64,000 nucleotides of DNA from positions 60,573 to 124,572 of the forward strand of contig JADZGB010000003.1 in NCBI GenBank assembly GCA_020854105.1. The letters are read 5' to 3'. The stretch's first letter is position 1. Every line of letters begins with the position of its first letter. The notes below the pieces were generated by a model that saw only the letters and a program-made list of their open reading frames with translations, was not told the DNA's origin and made no database searches. The DNA comes from Burkholderiales bacterium (GTDB lineage Bacteria > Pseudomonadota > Gammaproteobacteria > Burkholderiales > SHXO01). Both the position numbers and the translations under genes were made by a program. This document shows, in pieces, positions 59,363 through 64,000 of the stretch.

Positions 59363-60463
59363 CTACTGAAGTTCGCGGATCTGGCGCTCGACGAAGGCGC
59401 GCAACTCCGGAGACAAACCCTGCATCTGGCTGGCGCGCTGAAATGCCGCGAGCGCCGGCGCGCGCTGCCCGTCCGCGCGCAGCGCCATCCCGCGTCCCAT
59501 CTCCCACACGCCGTTGGCCGGCGCGATGCGCAGCGCCGCGCCATACAGGTCCGCGGCGTCCCGGTGCCTGCCCACGCGCGACATCACCGCCGCCGTCATC
59601 GACAGGTACTCCGCGTTCCACTGCGCATGCGGCAGGCCCTGCTCCAGCGTGCGCAGCGCATCGCTCTGTGCCCCGCGGTCGAGCTGCAGGCGCGCCAGCA
59701 GCATGATCTGCTTGGGCTGCTTCGGGTTCGCACGCAGCCCGTCCTGGAGCAGATTCTCCGCGCGCTCGCGTTCGCCGCGCTCGAGCAGGGCGCCGAGCAG
59801 GGCCTGGCGCGGGGCCGCTGCCGCGGGATCGATCTCCAGCGCTGCGCGCCACGCGGCCTCGGCTTCATCGGGGCGCCCGCCGCGGAACAGATCCATGCCG
59901 CGCCGGAACTGCTGCTCCGCACGCTCGGCTGCATCCAGGGGATGGACCTGCTTGTCGATGCGTCCCGGGACATTCCGGTCATCCGGCGCCGCGCCCTCGC
60001 CCGATGCATCGGGCGAGGGCAGCGCCGGGGTGCGCGGAGCAGGCGCGGGCGGTTCCATCTCCGGTTCCGGGAGCGGATCGGACACGGCCGGGGACGGCTC
60101 CGGCGGGGACGCAGGCGTTGTCTCTGGCATCTCCGGTGTCTGCGGCGCGACAGCGACCGGGTCGGGCAGCGCAGGATCTGCCGGCTGTTCCTCTCCGGCG
60201 CGCTCTGCATTCGGAACGGGCAGGGTCGTCGGAGCGGGTTCCTGCATCACCGGGGCTGGCCCGGCAGGCTGCATGCGTTCGCTCCACCACCAGCCCAGCG
60301 CGGCGACGATGAGAGCCAGCCCGAGCAGCCAGGTGTAGGCGGGGAGCTTGCGCGGTCCGCCGCCCGCCGCGGGCCTCACTTCCGGGGGCAGTGTCCCGGG
60401 GTCTTCGACTTCCCGGGCGCGGCGCTTTTCGAGGTCCTTGAGTACGCGGTTGATGAGGCTCAC
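59363..60463 (-). CDS. mshN: MshN-like TPR protein of the MSHA-type pilus system
   Basis: GTG start (GTGA overlap with the mshM stop) followed by SLINRVLKDLEKRR. One TM helix, a Pro-rich linker and C-terminal TPR repeats. Confidence 0.65.
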   Translation of the reverse strand: MSLINRVLKDLEKRRAREVEDPGTLPPEVRPAAGGGPRKLPAYTWLLGLALIVAALGWWWSERMQPAGPAPVMQEPAPTTLPVPNAERAGEEQPADPALPDPVAVAPQTPEMPETTPASPPEPSPAVSDPLPEPEMEPPAPAPRTPALPSPDASGEGAAPDDRNVPGRIDKQVHPLDAAERAEQQFRRGMDLFRGGRPDEAEAAWRAALEIDPAAAAPRQALLGALLERGERERAENLLQDGLRANPKQPKQIMLLARLQLDRGAQSDALRTLEQGLPHAQWNAEYLSMTAAVMSRVGRHRDAADLYGAALRIAPANGVWEMGRGMALRADGQRAPALAAFQRASQMQGLSPELRAFVERQIRELQ

Positions 60464-61350
60464 TGCAACCACCACCACGCGGCACCGGCCCCGCCCAGCG
60501 CGACGGCCGCAGCCAGCAGCCACCAGCCGATCGCGACCTGGCGCGCCGCAGGCGTGTCCTCCACCGCGGCCCGCACGTGGCGCGCCTGGACCTTGTGTCC
60601 GCCTTCGCCGTACACGAGCAGCAACGCCTTGTGCGCGACGATGTTCACCAGCCGCGGCAGACCGCTGCTCGCGGCATACAAGGCATCGACGGCGCGCCGG
60701 TCGAACAGCGGCTTGCCGCTGTATCCCGCTACCCGCAGCCGGTGCGCGAGATAGAGCAGCAGCTCGTCGCGGCTCAGCCCGCCCAGGGTGTACTCGAAAG
60801 TGATGCGCTGGCGCAGCTGGCGCACGGACTCCTGCGCGAGCTTGGCGTCCAGTTCGGACTGGCCGAACAGCACGACCTGCAACAGCTTGCTCTTCTCCGT
60901 CTCGAGGTTACTCAGCAGTCGCAGTGCCTCCAGCGTCTCCAGCGGCATCGCCTGCGCCTCGTCCAGGCACACCACCACCTGCCTGCCGGACTCGGCGAAG
61001 CGCAGCAGGGCATTATTCAACCGCTTGAGCACCTGGTGCTGGTCGAGATCGCTGTCCACCTGCACGCCCAGTTCGTCGGCCAGCGCGTGCATGAGCGCCT
61101 TTGGCTCGAGATACGGGTTGGGAATGTAGGCGGAGACGAAGCCCTCGTCGAGCGTGGCGAGGAAGCGGCGGCACAGCAGTGTCTTGCCGGTGCCGACCTC
61201 GCCGGTGATCTTGATGAAGCCCTCGCCGTTGGTGATGGCGACCAGGAGCGTGTTGAGCGCTTCCTGATGGGCGTTGCAGGAGAAGACGAAACTAGTGTCG
61301 GGCGTGATGCCGAAGGGGGCTTCGTTCAGCCCGAAGTGAGCGAGATACAT
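60460..61350 (-). CDS. mshM: ExeA/MshM-family AAA ATPase
   Basis: MYLAHFGLNEAPFGITPD..., Walker A 'GEVGTGKTLLCR', and 'VVCLDEAQAM'. C-terminal TM helix. Confidence 0.8.
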   Translation of the reverse strand: MYLAHFGLNEAPFGITPDTSFVFSCNAHQEALNTLLVAITNGEGFIKITGEVGTGKTLLCRRFLATLDEGFVSAYIPNPYLEPKALMHALADELGVQVDSDLDQHQVLKRLNNALLRFAESGRQVVVCLDEAQAMPLETLEALRLLSNLETEKSKLLQVVLFGQSELDAKLAQESVRQLRQRITFEYTLGGLSRDELLLYLAHRLRVAGYSGKPLFDRRAVDALYAASSGLPRLVNIVAHKALLLVYGEGGHKVQARHVRAAVEDTPAARQVAIGWWLLAAAVALGGAGAAWWWLQ

Positions 61351-61390
61351 GGCGCCCGTCACCCCGCCGTGCGCCGGACACGGGCGCGGT

Positions 61391-63160
61391 TCAGCTGCCG
61401 GTCTTCCTGGCCTTGCCGGCCCTCTCCATGCCAGGTGCCGGCGTGTACTGGTAGCCGTCCAGGCGCTGCCGCACGTCGCGTAGATCCTGCTTCCACGTCT
61501 CGTTGCTCTGTATGATGGTTGGCTTGAGCAGGATGACCAGTTCGGTCTTCTGCGTGCGCCGGTTCGTGTTCTTGAAGGCGTGCCCGACGACTGGCAAGTC
61601 CCCGGCCCAGGGCAAACCGCTCTTTCCGCGGGCACTGACTTCGCCCATCAGCCCGCCGATGGCCACAATGTTACCGTCCCCGACGCGTACGATGGTATCG
61701 GTCTCGCGAATATCGCTCGATGCCAGCGGCAGGCGGAAGACACCGGCATCGCCCAGGTCGATGTCCTTGGTCTTGTCGATCACCTGACTCACCGACGGGT
61801 GCACGTGCAGGATGATCTGGCTGTTCGCGTCGATCTGGGGCGTGACGTCGAGCGCGATGCCGGAGAAGAACGGCTGCACGGTGATGGAGGGCGAGTTCTG
61901 CACAGCCCCTCCCGTGGTCGTGGTCTGGTTGGTGGTGATGTTGGTGACGAAGAATTCATCCGTCCCCACCTTGAGGACCGCCTTCTGGTTGTTCAGCGTC
62001 GCGATGCGCGGGCTCGACAGCACCTGCAGCTCTCCCTGCGTCTCGAGGAAGCCGAGCAATGCCGCGAAGTCCTCGGTCTGGAAGGCAAGTCCGAACAGCG
62101 TGCCCGGTACGCCGATCCTCGAAATGAGGTCTCCCGGCGCGCCCGGGTTCGAATTGATGTCCGAGTTGGCCAGCAGCTGGCCGTCCGCACCGCGCGCAGT
62201 GAACGTGCCGATCCGGCCCTGCGGCGAGAGGGTGGTGCCCGGCGAGATCATACCCGCGGCGAGGCGCGCGTTGCTGTTGCTGTAGAAGGCCGCCCAGTTG
62301 ATGCCCGTGGCGAAGCTGTCGTTGAGACGCACCTCGATGATCTTGGCCTCGAGCATGACCTGGCGCGCCACCACGTTCTCCATCGCCTGGAGAAAGTCGC
62401 CGACCATGCGCAGCTCCGCAGGCATGGCACGCACCACCACCAGGCCGGACTGCGGATTGACGATGACGTTGCGTCCCTCCTCGGCACCGATGATGGTTCG
62501 CACCGCGGCCACGAGATCGTTCCAGAAATCCGCGTCCGAGCGCGTCTCGATGCGGCTGCTCTCCAGAGCGCGCACGTTCGAGTTCTGAGCCGTGCCAGAG
62601 CCGGCGGCGGTCTGGGTCGAACCGGACGAGTCGGAGATCGCGCCTGAACTGACGCGCACTTCGCTGCGGCCCTTGCGCTGTCCGAGCAGGTAGTTGACCT
62701 GGAACATGCGCGTCTGCAGCGTTATCGGCTGGATCAGGATGCGCATCCCCTGCACCTTGTACTCGTACCCGTGCATCTCGCGCACCGTGTCGAGCGCCTC
62801 GGCAACGGTCACCTCCTTGAGGTTGACGCTGATGCGCTCCTGGATGCTCGGGTGCACGATCATGCTGTAGCGCGTGCCCGCCACGATGGCCATGAACACT
62901 TCCGATGCAGGTGCGTTGTTCACCGACAGATCGAAGCGGGGCTCGACCGCCCTGCCGTCGACCTGCGGCATCTCCACCACGATGGGCGGCAGCAGCGCCT
63001 GCTCGGCACTGGCCTGCTGTGCACTCGGGGTGGCGGAGATGGCCTGATCGAGCGCGGCCTTGCTCGCGTCCCAGTACGGCGGCTGGGGAGGCTGCATGTG
63101 GGCGCAACCTGCCATCAGCAGGGCGAGGACGAAGCCGGTCAGGCGCAGCGGGAAACTCAT
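61391..63160 (-). CDS. mshL: MshL-type secretin lipoprotein
   Basis: Lipobox 'LALLMAGC' and the secretin C-domain ('VLSSPRIATLNNQKAVLKVG', 'IVAIGGLM', 'PWAGDLPVVGHAFK'). ATG 63160 preferred over 63196. Confidence 0.85.
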   Translation of the reverse strand: MSFPLRLTGFVLALLMAGCAHMQPPQPPYWDASKAALDQAISATPSAQQASAEQALLPPIVVEMPQVDGRAVEPRFDLSVNNAPASEVFMAIVAGTRYSMIVHPSIQERISVNLKEVTVAEALDTVREMHGYEYKVQGMRILIQPITLQTRMFQVNYLLGQRKGRSEVRVSSGAISDSSGSTQTAAGSGTAQNSNVRALESSRIETRSDADFWNDLVAAVRTIIGAEEGRNVIVNPQSGLVVVRAMPAELRMVGDFLQAMENVVARQVMLEAKIIEVRLNDSFATGINWAAFYSNSNARLAAGMISPGTTLSPQGRIGTFTARGADGQLLANSDINSNPGAPGDLISRIGVPGTLFGLAFQTEDFAALLGFLETQGELQVLSSPRIATLNNQKAVLKVGTDEFFVTNITTNQTTTTGGAVQNSPSITVQPFFSGIALDVTPQIDANSQIILHVHPSVSQVIDKTKDIDLGDAGVFRLPLASSDIRETDTIVRVGDGNIVAIGGLMGEVSARGKSGLPWAGDLPVVGHAFKNTNRRTQKTELVILLKPTIIQSNETWKQDLRDVRQRLDGYQYTPAPGMERAGKARKTGS

Positions 63161-63236
63161 CGATGCCCCAGGAAAGGGTCGGGTCAGGGGTTGCATCCGT
63201 CATTGACGGCATATACGGCGCCGTCCTTACCTTTTT

Positions 63237-63383
63237 TCACATCGGCCGGTCGAAACGAACCTTCCCGGGACGAAGCTTCCCGGACGATCCCGTCTGAAAC
63301 GATCTCGTCTGAAACGATCCCGGCTGAAACGATCCCGGCTGAAACGATTCCGCCCGGAACGACTCCGCGCGGAGAGACTTCAT
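63237..63383 (-). CDS. speculative 48-codon micro-ORF reading through the 15-bp repeats
   Basis: ATG 63383, 9 nt after the mshK stop, runs to TGA at 63237-63239. Product: MKSLRAESFRAESFQPGSFQPGSFQTRSFQTGSSGKLRPGKVRFDRPM. No convincing SD, and it is too short to judge coding potential. Confidence 0.2.
   Translation of the reverse strand: MKSLRAESFRAESFQPGSFQPGSFQTRSFQTGSSGKLRPGKVRFDRPM
63247..63380. repeat. 15-bp tandem repeat array (about 9 copies, 4 near-identical) in the mshK-mshL spacer
   Basis: Core copies are CGTCTGAAACGATCT, CGTCTGAAACGATCC, CGGCTGAAACGATCC and CGGCTGAAACGATTC at 63291-63350. Progressively degenerate copies lie on both sides. Confidence 0.8.
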
Positions 63384-63392
63384 GACGGCCGC

Positions 63393-63740
63393 TCAGCGCG
63401 TGCGGGTGCCGAAGCGCTTCTGCGCGGCCGGATAGAGCGCGAGCCGCTTCTCGCTGCCGTCGATCTGCAGCACGGCGCTGTCCTCGGTGACGCGCAGCAG
63501 CCGGGCCGCGCCGATACGGCCGCCCACCGGGACGAGCTTCCCGCTGATGATGGCGGCATTGCCGTTGGGTGAACGGATCACCGATTCCAGGATGAGGAGC
63601 GGCTCCGGCGGCCGGTCCGGCATGGCGGCCACGCGCGCCGCGCGCACCGGCGGACGCGTCGGATCGTCGAGCGCGTGTGCCCCGCCCGCGACGAATGCCA
63701 GGAGGGCGGCCAGCGCCACGAGCATTCTGGAGATCCCCAT
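63393..63740 (-). CDS. mshK: MshK-like pilus biogenesis protein
   Basis: Signal peptide MGISRMLVALAALLAFVAGGAHA, a 'DDPTRPP' motif and 'AIISGKLVPVG'. Located between mshJ and mshL. Confidence 0.6.
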   Translation of the reverse strand: MGISRMLVALAALLAFVAGGAHALDDPTRPPVRAARVAAMPDRPPEPLLILESVIRSPNGNAAIISGKLVPVGGRIGAARLLRVTEDSAVLQIDGSEKRLALYPAAQKRFGTRTR

Positions 63741-63757
63741 TGCGTGCGCCTCCGGTT

Positions 63758-64000
63758 TCACACCACCAGCCAGGCCTGATCCAGGCTCAGCGTGTACAGG
63801 GTCAGCCTGAGTGTCGCGCGCGGGTAATCCGCCTGCAGCACTGCCTGCCCCCAGAACAGCTGCCAGGGCTGCTGCTCCAGCGTATCCAGGTAGCCCACCA
63901 GATCCAGGTAGCCGCCCTCGACCACCACTTCGATGCCGTGCCGGAACACCTGTGCATGGCGCGGCACGCCCGCCGCGGGCACGGCCTGCGCGCCGCCGTC
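63758..64000 (-). CDS. mshJ: MshJ/PilO-like pilus assembly protein (3' part; gene continues beyond the window)
   Basis: The frame is open to the window edge. C-terminus '...VVVEGGYLDLVGYLDTLEQQPWQLFWGQAVLQADYPRATLRLTLYTLSLDQAWLVV' is PilO/MshJ-like. It overlaps the mshK start region. Confidence 0.55.
   Translation of the reverse strand, partial: DGGAQAVPAAGVPRHAQVFRHGIEVVVEGGYLDLVGYLDTLEQQPWQLFWGQAVLQADYPRATLRLTLYTLSLDQAWLVV

Overview
High-GC proteobacterial chromosomal core segment with beta/gamma-type synteny, tightly packed with about 75 genes. I found no rRNA, CRISPR array, IS element, integrase or phage genes.

Gene order:
- rpoZ-spoT, a TerC-family membrane protein, a small Cys-rich secreted ORF and an orphan LivK-like binding protein.
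- An EgtD-type methyltransferase broken by one in-frame TAG.
- An envelope glycolipid/LPS-core block: a LpxL-like acyltransferase, GT2 and UPF0104 cassette, diverging from a GT52-like gene, a GT9 heptosyltransferase, a GT4 gene and a membrane protein.
- Two tandem tRNA-Lys genes.
- The conserved yebC-ruvC-ruvA-[extra ORF]-ruvB-ybgC-tolQRAB-pal-cpoB block.
- A YjgR-like ATPase, then an HDOD histidine kinase with a REC-PAS-GGDEF-EAL regulator.
- ychF-pth-rplY-prs-tRNA-Gln-ispE-lolB-TPR.
- A GldA/F/G-like ABC cassette plus a DUF4340-like gene.
- mutM, a ferredoxin, coaD, rsmD, two M16 peptidases and ftsYEX-rpoH.
- A complete aa3-type cytochrome c oxidase structural and assembly cluster.
- bioC/comF, and the mshJ(partial)-K-L-M-N part of an MSHA-type type IV pilus operon.

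All family assignments come from motif and N-terminus recognition by eye. No searches were run, and start codons are best guesses.

I do not see a clear-cut novel multi-gene system such as a defence island. The observations most worth a second look are:
- A 15-bp tandem repeat, which may encode a pentapeptide-repeat micro-ORF, inside the mshK-mshL spacer.
- An unassigned secreted protein inserted between ruvA and ruvB, preceded by a 13-bp tandem repeat.
- The translationally coupled acyltransferase/GT2/UPF0104 cassette and the neighbouring sialyltransferase-motif glycosyltransferase.
- The nonsense-interrupted EgtD homologue.
- A sigma-54-type promoter in front of the c-di-GMP two-component pair.
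- The absence of heme A synthase from its usual slot in the cox cluster.
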